The notes below the pieces were generated by a model. That model was not told where the DNA came from. It searched no databases and was given only the letters and a program-made list of their open reading frames with translations. From Monocercomonoides exilis PA203 (lineage: Eukaryota > Protista > Preaxostyla), in NCBI GenBank assembly GCA_001643675.2, contig LSRY02000056.1:1-64000 (forward strand): a stretch of 64,000 bases of DNA. The letters are read 5' to 3'. The position numbers and the translations under genes were made by a program. Positions 24,397-37,100 of the stretch are shown here, in pieces. The number at the start of each line of letters is the position of its first letter. Position 1 is the first letter of the stretch.

Positions 24397-26823
24397 AACA
24401 ATCTAATTCCTACTATCAATAAAGAAGTCACAAAGCGGATAACTTCTAATTCACATATTGAGACACATCTGACTGGTCCAACATATTATTAGTAGTTGGA
24501 AACACATTTGAAAGACAAAAATGTGCAGATATGCGGTATTGTTAACAAACATCTTTCAAGAGAGAATAAAAAAGTATTTTCTGTTTTGATTGATAATTTT
24601 CTGAAATAAGATCCAATAATTCATATCTCCACGTAAAGCCAAGGGAAGAACCTAATAATATTTCTGAAAACAAAGCTTCACATAACTAATTTGACAAATA
24701 TTTTTATTTGAAAATAAAAAAATACTAATCAAAAATTTAATAATTCGTTTCATCGATATCATTTCGACTGGTCAAAACAACACTTCGCCTATTTCTTAAC
24801 CCTTTCCTAATTAAAATGGCTCAAAATTGAATTCCAAATTAAAATGAAGTCTTTCTCTAAAACATGTCATGAATTGTCAAAAAGCCATACAATGCTGTCT
24901 TCAACATTTTGAAAATAGTAATACTTATGAAAATGAAATGTTTTTATCAAGAATTCTTTTTGACGAAAATATGATCATGATACATACTTGATTTCATTAT
25001 TAAATGAAAACAACTGCTACATCATGAGATGATAACGTTTTGCTAATTTGTTGAATGTTTGAGTAGTAAACTGCATGTCATTTACAACTACATTGCGTAC
25101 AGCCAGTTTGCGTTCTTTTATTTATAATTTTTTCTTAACATTCATTATTAGTCAATTTTGTTTGAAGAATAGACACTTTTGTCTCTTCAAATTTCAATCT
25201 GGAATATCTGGGTCATGCTAGACAATTATTCAACGCTAAAAATCCTGGACCTTTCGTTATAACTGCGTGAAAATTCTTTTAATGAGGAGTGTTTGCGTGA
25301 TACAAAAATTTCAAAGTTGAACAATGAAAATGCATATTTGGTATATTTATTGTATGATAATTTTTATGTGATTTTATGGATATTGAACTATGCCTATTTT
25401 TAGAGATTTTAAGTTTTTATAATTTTTGACATATAATTACATGCAGACTGCTAACGATCAGGTTTATCGAGAAATCCCATGATGGCTATTGTTTAAGGAA
25501 ACGTAGCAGTGCTTTATATGTTATCAAAAGCGGAAAATAATTTCAGCTATTCAAATCTTCTTGTGAATGAAATTTTGATCAGCTCGGTAAAGAACTTTGA
25601 ATCTGTACTACAATCTTCACTGAATACCCCCAGTCATACGAGTTTTGTGCTATCAGTGATTAAGCGCGAACAAAGGCACTTCAAGATTCGCGACTTTTCA
25701 TTATCCAGTCGTCTTTCGAAAAATGATGCAATATATCATCATATGGAAACGTGTGGGCATCTAAACTGAATGATATGTGATCAAAGAAAACTGTTCAAAA
25801 AGATGCTTTTTTATATGTATCAACGTTTCTTCGTATGATTCTCACAAAATTAGCCTCTTCCTGTTGTCTATTGACCTTTCTGTACATTCAAGCTCATCTG
25901 ATATTTTCATCTTTGTGCCAATACAGTTGCAGCAGGACAAAAACAATCTTTTTAAAATTTACTCGGACAAATATCTATCTACCTACAACGGAAATACAAC
26001 ATAAAAAAAACGAATTGAAAAAGAAGATTTAAAAAAGAATCCATTTCCGAACACTCAATTTTTTTGTTTAAACAAAGACACATTCTTCAATTTCAGAATG
26101 GGTCTGATGGCGGAAAAATGGAAATATCCGAGAAGCAATACAGAAGCAGCCATTGAGAAATGCAGCAAATCACTCAAATTCAGCGTTGATAGAAAAGTCT
26201 GTTGTTGTTGTTCAGAAAAACTGAAGAACAAAGAGAATTTACCATCACAAAGTCTATTTTACGAAATACTAATCGATCTTGTGAAGAATAGAAGAGGTGA
26301 CTTTGCATTGGAAAAATTTTCCATCTCGCATATTTCGATCGCTGAACAAAACTAGCAATTTCTTCCGAGTTAGCATTTAACATTTCTTCTCATTTAAATC
26401 CTATTCAATTTTGCTCAAAAAGAAAGCTCCACATTTAGCACCGTTTCATATATCTTCTTTTCATTCTTCTCATGATCTTGCAAAACGCAAATATCCAAGA
26501 AAAGCAGAGGGGGCACGGAGAAAAATACATTCGGAGTGAAAACGAACAGGTAAGGCTGTTGAATACAACAATTGAATGAATGAACGATACCCGTTTAAAA
26601 TCAGCATAAGCGATAATTCATTTGCAGAAGATTTCGGTTGAAGAAAAGAAAATAATTGAATAATTTAAAGGATTATTCTTTTGTTATCGTTGGTTTGCTC
26701 ATTTCAAAGATGCGAAAAAAAAGACATTTTTATGAATCTTCCAATGGCTGTTTTCTATTTTGTGAAATGACCAAAATGAAAAATATAATATTTGAGCAAC
26801 AAGACGAAATGCTTCTCATTTCT

Positions 26824-28271
26824 TCAAATATTCATAAAACAATCAGAAATATTCAACGATAATGCATCATCAAAATAATATTTTTTATTTAGAAAACCCA
26901 ATCTTTCATGAAAACTTGAGATGATGTCTTCAAATCCTTCTTCTTCCATCTTTTCGAACATTTCCTTTTTCAGCTCTTTTCTTTTCATTTCTTCGATTTC
27001 ATCTTTCTTCTTTTCTTTTAATCGACTTGAAATCTCAATAAAAAATCTCAAGTTTTCAAATATCATTTCTTTATTCAATGTTTGTTGATGCATTTTCTTC
27101 AAAATATGACCTAACACACCTTCTTCCAACAGTCTATCGATTTTCACAGCTCTGTTATAAGCAGCATTCATTAACCATTCGATGCAACAATCCCCAATTT
27201 CTCTGTTATTATCCTTTGTCGTTCTATACATCGTGACAATACAACGAATCACTTCAACGTGTTCTTCTTTCCATATTTCGTAATAACTAAAATATTCATA
27301 AGCAAAAAAAAGCCATTTCTTCAAGAATTCCACTTCTTTTATTCCTTTCATTTCTCCTTCTTTATTTGTCCAATCCATTCGTTTCATGGACTCGAGCAAT
27401 TCTCTTGTTGCTTCTTTTGTAAAATGCAGTTTATCTTCAATCAACCAGCTCAAATTTTTATCGCTATGTAATCTTTTTATCAAAAACTCCCATGCAGACA
27501 GATACGCAACTCGCGTCAGATTGCCATGCTCCTGATTGTATTTTATGATTTCTGCCATCTCTTTAAAATACAGCTCTTTTTTGATTTCCTAATAAAAATT
27601 AGGAAAAAACAATCAATTATTTCAAAAATAAAATGGAAATTCTCATACGCAATGCATGTCAATGCAACTTAAAGTCAATAAAGCCATTTCCACTTCCTTT
27701 TTAATTTCCTCGCTTTCCTCTTTGTTCATCGCAGCTTTCAGAAGACAAGAAACAAATATTGAAAACATTTTAGGATTGAAGTAGCAACCTAGAGAGATGT
27801 GGCATTCACAAAGATCAACCAGTAGCTTCTCATTCATTCTTTCTTTCGACTTATATTCTTTAATTATCATCTTTTTAAATCTTTCATCCAAAGAAGATTT
27901 TGCAAAGCCATGAACATATATTCCTCTCAGCATTGTTAAATATCCAATATGCTTTAAAATCAAAATTGCACTTTCTATTGACATTTTCTCTTCTTCAATC
28001 ATTTTGAATATTTTATTGAACAGTTCTTCTGCGTAAACTGATTCAAAATCTTCTTCATTCATAAAATCAATCATTCTTTTCATTTTCTCTATTTTCTGCA
28101 TTTGTTCATCTTCAGCGTACTTTTCAAGTTCATCAAAAAACTCTAGAAAATATATAAATATCGGCATACATCTTCATAAAACAGAAATAGAAAAAATAAA
28201 CCAGAAAATTTATTCTTTGGGGAAGTGTTCATAATTGCATCTTCATGTGAGCCATCATCGCGTTTCTTCAT
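26824..28271 (-). CDS. Hypothetical helical protein, probably a member of an expanded lineage-specific family; three exons
   Basis: The 174-aa and 244-aa ORFs join in frame via a GTATG..TTAG intron (~27589-27648), with a short first exon MKKRDDGSH. The C-terminal MEEEGFEDII..LSLNISD resembles Monocercomonoides multicopy proteins (from recall, unverified). Confidence 0.7.
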
Positions 28272-28555
28272 TCTCTATTCACAAGATTATTCAATTTGTA
28301 TTTATAAGTTTATAAAATGAAAAATATTGAGGTGAAAAAAAAAAAAATACATAAATTGTTTGTTGTCAAACAAAACGAAGTTAAAAATTACCAATTATAA
28401 TATCTTTGCAAAAAGAAATTATACTATTTTTGCGAGAATGCAAATTGTTTGTTTCCCAACATTAAATTAAAAATTTTCTGATAGTTTTTTTTTCCCCTTT
28501 TACAAGCAGAGAAAAGTAAATTCTAACTTCATTATAAGTTTAACATTATATTAGA

Positions 28556-29133
28556 ATGGAAGTTGGAAATTTTAAAAATTGTTTGCATTTATTTTTAACG
28601 AATTTGACTCGAGTTTTATATATCTTCATGTAGACGAGATTCTTCACGAAAAAATGACGAAGGATCTTCGAATTTTGCTTGAAAAACGAGATAAGGTGTT
28701 TGAAGAAATAGCAAAATTGTATGCTTGCCATTTATGGATGAATTTAAAAGTCTTTTTTTGTTTTCAGTGAAGATCTCCGGACTATTGTATTACATTTTCA
28801 AAATAATTCAATGAAGGAATTAAAAACGCTGACAGATATTGGGTTAAATATTTTGTGTGAAGCGAAAGTTCCAGATCTCTCGACACTCATGGTTGATGTT
28901 GGTTTTGGAACATGCGTTGAAATGACTCATACCGAAATACTTTCATATATTCCAAAGAAAATTTCCATTTTGACTGCAAGCGTTGCAGATCTTGAAAGTA
29001 AAATTGTTGCTCAGCAAACAAACATTCGGATTGTATGCGCTTATAAAACTTATTTTTATTTTTCTAATAATGAAATAATGTGAAGGTTACTGCAGGAATG
29101 GCCGAAATGAAAAGAGAATTAAAATGCGGTTGA
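28556..29133 (+). CDS. UXT: UXT-like alpha-prefoldin subunit (four exons)
   Basis: Spliced product ..KDLRILLEKRDKVFEEIAKFEDLR..ELKTLTDIGLNILCEAKVPDLSTLMVDVGFGTCVEMT.. matches the UXT/prefoldin-alpha beta-hairpin pattern; GT-AG introns restore the frame. Confidence 0.85.
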
Positions 29134-29750
29134 TTCATGTGTTATTATAATTATTTTATCAAAGAAATCTCATGCATATTTTTATTCGGCTCTTTAACAA
29201 CTATTTGATAAAATTTCCCAAAAGAATTTGCAAAATTTCTATTGTAACTTTAATTGTTGCTTTTTGATAATTCAGCGCGAGCTCTTCTACGAACGTTTAT
29301 TTTTTCTTCCATAAATTTTGTATTTTTATTTTATATGATGAATGATTAAATCAAAAATTGAAAAACATATACAGAGAATTATTGAATTTTTAAATCCTTA
29401 CAGTTCATAAATATTTTCTATTTCATATTTTCAACCTTTAAAGCACTTATTTTACAATTTCTTTTCACGAAAAACAAAACAAAATATAAGGGAATAAAAA
29501 ATTCGAAATGATTAATAAATATAAAGTGTAACAATTAAATGGATATACAGCTTTAACAAAAGTGTAATGCATATGACATGGCAATATATAAATTGCTGTG
29601 AAAATCAAGAAAATCAAGACAAAATTACATATAAATAAAGATGGAAACATAATATAAGAAACAAAAAAGAAGTTTGTATTAACTTTGAAGGAAAAGTGCT
29701 AAATTATCTTTGAAAGAAGACAATGTAACATCCAATAAATATAAATAAAT

Positions 29751-32700
29751 CTAAAAATAAAGTGCATCGCCATATTGTTGTTGAGCAAGTAAGCCCTGAA
29801 CATTTTGGGGTTGGAAACTTGTTCCAGCTCCCATCGCTCCGAATCCCATTCCCACATTCATCCCTGCGCCTATTTCAGGTACCATTCCTGCGCTCATCGT
29901 TGCACTGCCATTGCCGTAAAGCGAAAGTGTGTTAAAATCAATCATTTCATCATAATTCCTTCTTTTTCCAGATTGAAAATTTGTTTCACAAGTTCGATCA
30001 AAATCGCTGTCACTGTCATATTCATTCTCAAAATCATCATCATCATCATCTCTGCTGTTTTTTCTTTCATGCTTCTTCCTCTTCTTTTTCTTCTTTTTCT
30101 TTTTCTTTGAGCTTCGATCGCTTCTTTCATCATCATCTTCATCACTATCATCGTCATCATCATCTGGATGCACTTGCCTTCCCTTCCCTTTCTGCTTGTC
30201 ATACACCCAATAAGTCCTCCCCATCATCAGACAAAACAGCTGAGGATACATCGCCACAAACAACACAAGAGTGATCAGCATAAAGTACGTAAAATATTTT
30301 GTGTTCCTCTGCATCCAAACATCAACACCTGTAAAAAGCATTTCTGACAAAGTGTTCAGCTGAAGTGCTTCGCTCGCCTCTTTCTCGACTGAATCAATCA
30401 CCTTCAAAATCGATTTCACATCCTCATCTGCTTCCATCTGCAGCTTTTCTCCAAGTCCCATTGCATTCGCGGTGAATTGCGTGCTTTGCATCAGAGGATT
30501 GCTTTCTTGTGATCCATTAATCCTTTTTGCCTCACCCCGCAAATATTCGAAGAAAGAGGCAAGCTCTTCCGCGATTGGCACATCAGTCTTTGTTGGGGCA
30601 GAGGGCGAGAAATACAAAGGAAGAATCTCATTCCATTTAGCGCGGCTGAACGAGTAACGGGAAGAAATTGGTTGGCTTGGCCAGCTCAGAGAGGAGAGCT
30701 GGTTGACGAATTGAGACGAAGAAATGGATTCAGAAAAATTAAGACTATTCTCATATAAAGTCGATGAATAACTCAAAGTTGAGAAACGAGTGAAATGTTT
30801 TGAACGATCAGTCATCAAAGCTGAGTCGACTTGTGGAGTGGAAGAACATGGAGAATGTAACGAAAAAGGCATTTGATTCAAAAGTGTGTGATTAACTGTG
30901 TTTTCGTTCAAATTAAAACCATCATTTCTGGCAGTTGTGTTATTGTCAACTGCGAATGTTGCAATGCTCTCGATGTAGTCTCCTCCTTTGCCCGTTGTCA
31001 GAAACTCCAATGCATTCCCTTTTGATCCAACATTTGTTATCAACCATTTTTCAGTAGAGTTAAATGCCTCCAAGGAAGCTCGATTCATCACAGAACACGG
31101 AGTGCCAACATGATTAATAAACTGAAAAAGGAATCTCTTCAAAGAAGACTCACCAATTGAAGCAGGTGCCATTGTGCTGCCTAGTGACTGTGAAGCAGCA
31201 CTCTTCGCTTCGTCGGGTATCACATATGTCCACTTGGCCATGTCCTGTCCGAAGGCTGCCACAGCTGAAAGCGCAAGCCAAATTGCTCCTCCGATCAGAA
31301 TCACAACAAACTCACCTCCAATTTCGACACACAAGCATGTCTTCGAAGCGCAGCACAGCACATCAAACACTTCAACTGCACTGAAAATCATGAGAAGCAA
31401 AAAGGTTGCCATAATCACATATATCAGAATCGTAATCAGCTGGTTGTGTGGAGTAACATGTTTTTTATACAGAGATGAGAAAAACGACGAGATGGGCTGA
31501 CTTTCAACGTTGTCATATAGCTGCTGCCACTGATTAACAACGGTATTGCAATCGTCTGAGATGGCAGTCGATGAATTCATAACGCTTTCCTCAAGCGGAG
31601 AAACAACTTGGATAACATCGTTCAGCGAATCTATCATATCAGTGATAGAACTTAGTGAATTTGCAACATTGCTCTTAAAAGTGCCAATATTCCCCAAAAA
31701 TGAAGCAGCTTCAGTCTGCATGGAAAAGACTTCGTGCATAAAGATCGGCCTGGAAGCAGCGTTTGCAGCTGTCAAACGAGGCTGGATTCTGAAAGAAGAG
31801 GGAGCATTGGCAGAAGTGGTATCTGCCACACTGTCATCAATATGTGAATCAAACTGAGCATGGACTAAGCAAAGCGTCTCGTTCTCTGCAAAAGAAGAGT
31901 TTGCCAATAAGTCTTTGAGAATACTGCAATCACTTAAAGACGAATCTGAGCAATCAACCTTCATTTTTAGCATGCTTGTAAATTTCTTGCGTACTCCGAA
32001 GCCAACCACATTTGGATGGGGTGTTTGAAAAGAAAGTGATGATTCTAAAGAAGGCGATGAGTTTAATGCTAAAGAGAAGGAAGAAGAAGAAGAAGAAGAA
32101 GAAGAAGAAGGCAGAGAAGGGTCATTCTCAGGTATGTCCATCAGAGTAAGCAATTGGATGTGTCTCAATGCGTCGTTTATAAGTGAAGCTTTTGAAATAA
32201 CATTTTCTGCTGTGGCGTTGATGGCAGTGTATGTTGTGTCAATTTGATCTTTTGCCGAAGCGATCTTTTGAGTGATTGTGTTGCGAAGCTCAAAAAGGTC
32301 TGATAAAGCTGTTAGCGAAAATAACATCATAAATAGCAATATTGTTGTGTGCAACAGAAAACAATTATTTACATGCACACAAATAAAAAGTCAATGAAAG
32401 TTTAAAAGCATTCAATTTCACACACACACAAAAAAAAGTTCAATTGTACAAATGATACCATCAACTTAACTTCAATAAAATGAAACAGAAAAGGCTGAAA
32501 TCATAAAACCTCTCCCTACCTGTGTTTTGATCCATTATTTTTGTGCCCATAAGTCTAACGTTATTGCATAGCTTTTTCACTTGTTCCTCGACATCTGTAA
32601 TCCAATCGGTGAAAACTTTGCCTCTCCAAAAATCAGATTCGACTGGCGACAATAACTTTTGATTTGTTGTGACATTCAGCATTGACGCATTGTTTGTCGG

Positions 32701-34040
32701 ATCAAATCCTGTACAAGGGCCTGTTAGAGGCATTTGATCTGGCAGGTTACGTGTCTAAATTAAATCAAAATCATTGACAAATGCAATTTCGTCAAAATCA
32801 TAACAAAATTTCATTACAGATATTAACACGAATCAATTATGACAAACTAATAGCGTGAACAAAAATTCTTTAAAATAATCTAAATTTCAAACCGAATAAT
32901 ACACTTTCTCCAGTTCTTCGATATCACTTTCTAATCCATCTGCAAATGGATGAGTGCTAGTATCCAAAGCAGCGGAGTTATTATGCCCCAATAATTCGAT
33001 AATATTATCTCTCTGTTGACTCAGCAAGGCAACCCATTCGGCCAACGTACCAGACAGACTATTGTTATATACAGTTTCATTTATAGCAGTCATTTTCAGA
33101 GCCGTGTGAGAAAAAACTGTCACATTAAAAAATGGTTAAATATAAACATCATAATGAATAAAACAGCACGATAAATCATAAAAGTGTTCAAATTTCGAAT
33201 AAATAAAGCATATGACTTTAAATAAAAATCAAATAAAAAAGGAAAATTAACCATCTTTAATATTTGTAAGTGCTTTTGCGGTTGAAAGAAACTGGGTTGA
33301 GAATTCAATATTACCATTATCCATATTGTTGACCATATCAGGAAGTTTAACTGATACAATTGTTCCCAGTATAGTACATGCTCTATGAAAAAATAGAGAT
33401 AAAAATTAGATATTTTTTGAATGATTTTGAAAATGACTCGTTGCCTTTGAATTACAAGAAACAAACAAAATTATTAGGTTTACCACTTCAAAAATAAATT
33501 TTGAAAAACACTTGCAACAACAAGTTGGTCCAGAGTTCCAACACATGCAAGTACAGCATGGCTCTGGCTTGTTACAACAGCAAAGTTGGGCGCACTGAGC
33601 GAAAATCCAAAGCAAAAACCAAATTACCAAAATCATCCATATGATAAGAATGGGGAGTATTTTCATAAAATATGACTTTGATAAATCCACAAATAGAAAA
33701 ATATTTGTAAAAAATTTAGCAAAAAAGAGTTCAAACTACGATAAACTGTTTCGTATCAATATTCAACAAATAAAAGCCCAATGTGTCATTGTGAATTAGA
33801 ACGTTTTCCATCAAATCATTACTTGTTTCTAATACTGGAACTCCAAGAATAGATCCCTTTATCATTGAATTCATGGATAAAGCAAGATTCCTTCCCCAAG
33901 AAATTGGAAATTCTTTGGATGTATAGTCTTTCAAAATTTTTATATAAAACATAAATATTTATCATTAAAACTTGTTGCAGACCTTGAACCCCATATGATG
34001 AAACAAAATGTAACAAAAACAGAAAAAATATAAGTTCCAT
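29751..34040 (-). CDS. Multi-exon five-transmembrane glycoprotein with prominin/tweety-like topology
   Basis: Signal peptide MELIFFLFLLHFVSS; TM1 then a Cys-rich loop; TM2; large helical loop; TM3-CC-TM4; large loop; TM5; acidic/basic cytoplasmic tail. Exon boundaries only partly resolved. Confidence 0.6.
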
Positions 34041-34198
34041 CAATTGTTTATTGAACCCAAAACAAAAGAAAACAGAAAAAATAATTGAAGATGTTATAAG
34101 AAAAGAAAAAGAATTAGACAAATGGTGCTGATACATGCGTTTATTGAACTTTATTCAAATATTACAAAAATACCCTTAACTAATAATAAAAATTATCA

Positions 34199-37100
34199 AT
34201 GCCCTCGATATCTTTTCATGTTCGAATACCACTTCAAATAAGAGATTTATTTAGAACCGAACTTACGTTAAAACTGTTTGGTTCAGCGGGTAAACTTGGG
34301 TTGTTTAGAGTTGAAAATGCTGTGCAAATGAAGCCAACAAAAGATTTTGCAGCATATTCCCTAAAAATTGAAATTCCCCCAATGCTTCCACTTTTATACA
34401 AAACTGTTATTTCTAGAGGGTCAGAGTTTGTTGGAGAAGAATTCTTTTCTCATTTTGTTCAAGTCGAAGGTTTGTTTAAAGGGCTATTCACATTAGTAAC
34501 ATTTGTTTTCTTTTATCAGAACAACCAATTTCTATCACATATTCTTTGTTTGAAGGGTTGCCAATCCCTACGATTGATGAATATCTTATTCCACATAGTA
34601 CATCAAAAATAGCCACTTTACTGCCTGTTCTTAGAAGGCAAATCATTACAAAACTTCCAGATGATCCGGGGAATCTTCCATCTTCTCTTCGTTTCAAACC
34701 TTTAGAACATGGCGTTGAAATTAGAATAGTTATATCATCGCTTTTGATTGTTGATCCTGTTCTTCGAGAGAAGGAAGAGAATGGACAAATTATGCTTCAG
34801 ACAAAAGATTCTTTTGGGGAATATCTAATTCCCATACCTTTACCGCTTGAGCCAATAGATTCCTTTATTTTTAGATGTTCTTCTTTACAATCATTCCTTT
34901 TTCGGGCACAGATTATTGCACGAAAATCTTCAAGTGAACAACAGAGCATGATTATGTGCCAGTTAGATCTGCCAGGATATGAATTTGAAGAAGAACATTT
35001 CCAAAAAGTCGTTGCATTTTTACCAACGCGTTCATTGCGCGAGACGAAGATGAATGAGGAAGAACTTGCAAGGCGAGGAACAACCGAGCAGATTATTCAT
35101 CCGACATTTTCAGCCCATGCATCAATCTCAGTGACCACCATTACACCTTTTATGAAGGGTAAGCTTAGCAGGAAAATAAAAAAAGAAAAGGCAAAGGACA
35201 AAGATCGAGAGAAGAAAGCAGAAATGCCTCGTTTGAAAGGCCAAACAAGCGAAAGGAAGGCAAAAGACTTGACTGACAAGAATGGGCCATTGACTAAAGA
35301 GAGCGAGTATTCAACGACATTTCGATCGTGCAAACAAGAAGGTCAACCAGCAGAATGTTTGCAAGATAGTCGCAAAACTGCTGATACTTGCTCTGCTTCT
35401 GCTTTGTCTCCGGTGCAACACCAATCCTTGCCTTTATCGCCAACATCTGTTGAAGTCTCCACTTCCCCTGCGAATGAAGGCGAACAAGGGAATTTGCCAC
35501 TGATTCCTGTTTCTTCATCAACATCTGCACCAACAGCGTCGTCTTCTTCTTCTGTTTCTTCTTCCTCGTCCAACTCTTCTCATTCAATGTCCTCTCCTTT
35601 CGTTCCCAATTACCTTTCAACATCGTATTCCTCTTCCTTATCCTCTTCTCCATTCATAATGGCTTCACATTTTGACTCTGCTTTTATGGGCTCTTCGACA
35701 TCTTCACTGCCATCTACTGCAACTTCTTCTTCTTCTTCCGACTCTTTCGCTCAAAAATCGTCATTTTTGGAAGGCAAAGCAAATGCTCCAATTGTGATGC
35801 CGCCCACACTTCTTCAGAACTCTTCGTCTTCATCTTCTTCGTCGTCTCCTTCTTCATCTGCTGAGGACAGTTCTGTCTGCGACGAGATGATTCCGTCTGC
35901 TATCCCGCCAACAATCGGAGAAGAACTCGGCAGCACAAAAGATGCCCTCACAACTGCACCTCCAATTTTGCTTGATCCGAACTCTCCAACAGCGTTTTCT
36001 TCTTCCTCCTCTGCTTCTTCCTCTTCTTCTTTGACAAATCCTCCTCCTTCCTCTTCTTCTTCTTCTTCTCTGTCGATGGCACGCACTGGATCGAGTCATA
36101 TGACGCACAGCGGATCCAACCAGATAATGTTTGTGTCGCTTGCAAAGAACGAGCGAGGAAGCAGAGACAAAAAATGGGAGACAGACAAAAAGAGAGAAAG
36201 AGAGAAGAAAAGAAGTTTGTCTAAAAAGGAACTGAAAGAGATTTCTGAAGGAAACGCAGAAGAAAAGAAGAGCTATGCTATTTCTATTGGATCAGCAGAG
36301 CACAGCAGCCGTTCTGCCTCGCATGCACACAAAGAAGACAATTCAGATGACGAAGAGACAGCATCGTCGTTGTCTTGTTCTTCGTCTTCGTCTTCCTCGT
36401 CTTCTCCGCCTGTTCCCACGCCGTCAACGAAAGGCTTCATCGACGTGGGGCATCGCGGGTCAGGTGCCAATGCGCGGTCGTCCACGTCGATTCGCCGGCC
36501 GACGATCAAAGAGAACACGCTGCCGTCGTTTCTGATGGCGTACAAGCACAAAGTGGAGTGGGTGGAGTTTGACATCCACCTCTCTGCCGACAAGATCCCT
36601 GTGCTCACCCACGACTTCATGGTGCCCCTCACCAACAAGATCAACATGCCTGTCTGTCGTCTGAGCGCCCGGCAGTTCTGTTCGATGCGGCGTCTCTACA
36701 CACGACGAGCAGATGTGCCCATCCGCCGGCAGACCGGCATTCCATACAGCTCAGCCGGCGTGGGCTCTTTTCCCCGCTTTTACGACGAGATCTACGAGAC
36801 AATTGCGCGGTCGTCGAATAAGAAGAGAAGGATGGAGAGAGAAGGAGAACTGGAGGTGGAGGCAATGGAGGCGAAGGAGCAGGAGGAAGAGAGAGAAAGA
36901 GAAGGAAGGAGAAAAAGAGAGGAAAAAGAGAGAAAAATGAGAAAGAAACAGCAAAAGATGGAGGAAAGAGAAAGAAGACGCAGAAGAGCAGATTACGAAA
37001 ACCAGTCTGAAAATGCGAGTGGCTCGCTTAGCTCAGAAATGAGCTATTCTTCAGCAACAGATCCATCTTCTGCCTCTGCCTCCTCTTCCTCTTCCTCTTC

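Noticed and set aside
24420-26800. Short ORFs proximal to the rDNA junction
   Set aside because: No consistent frame, splice model or recognisable motif
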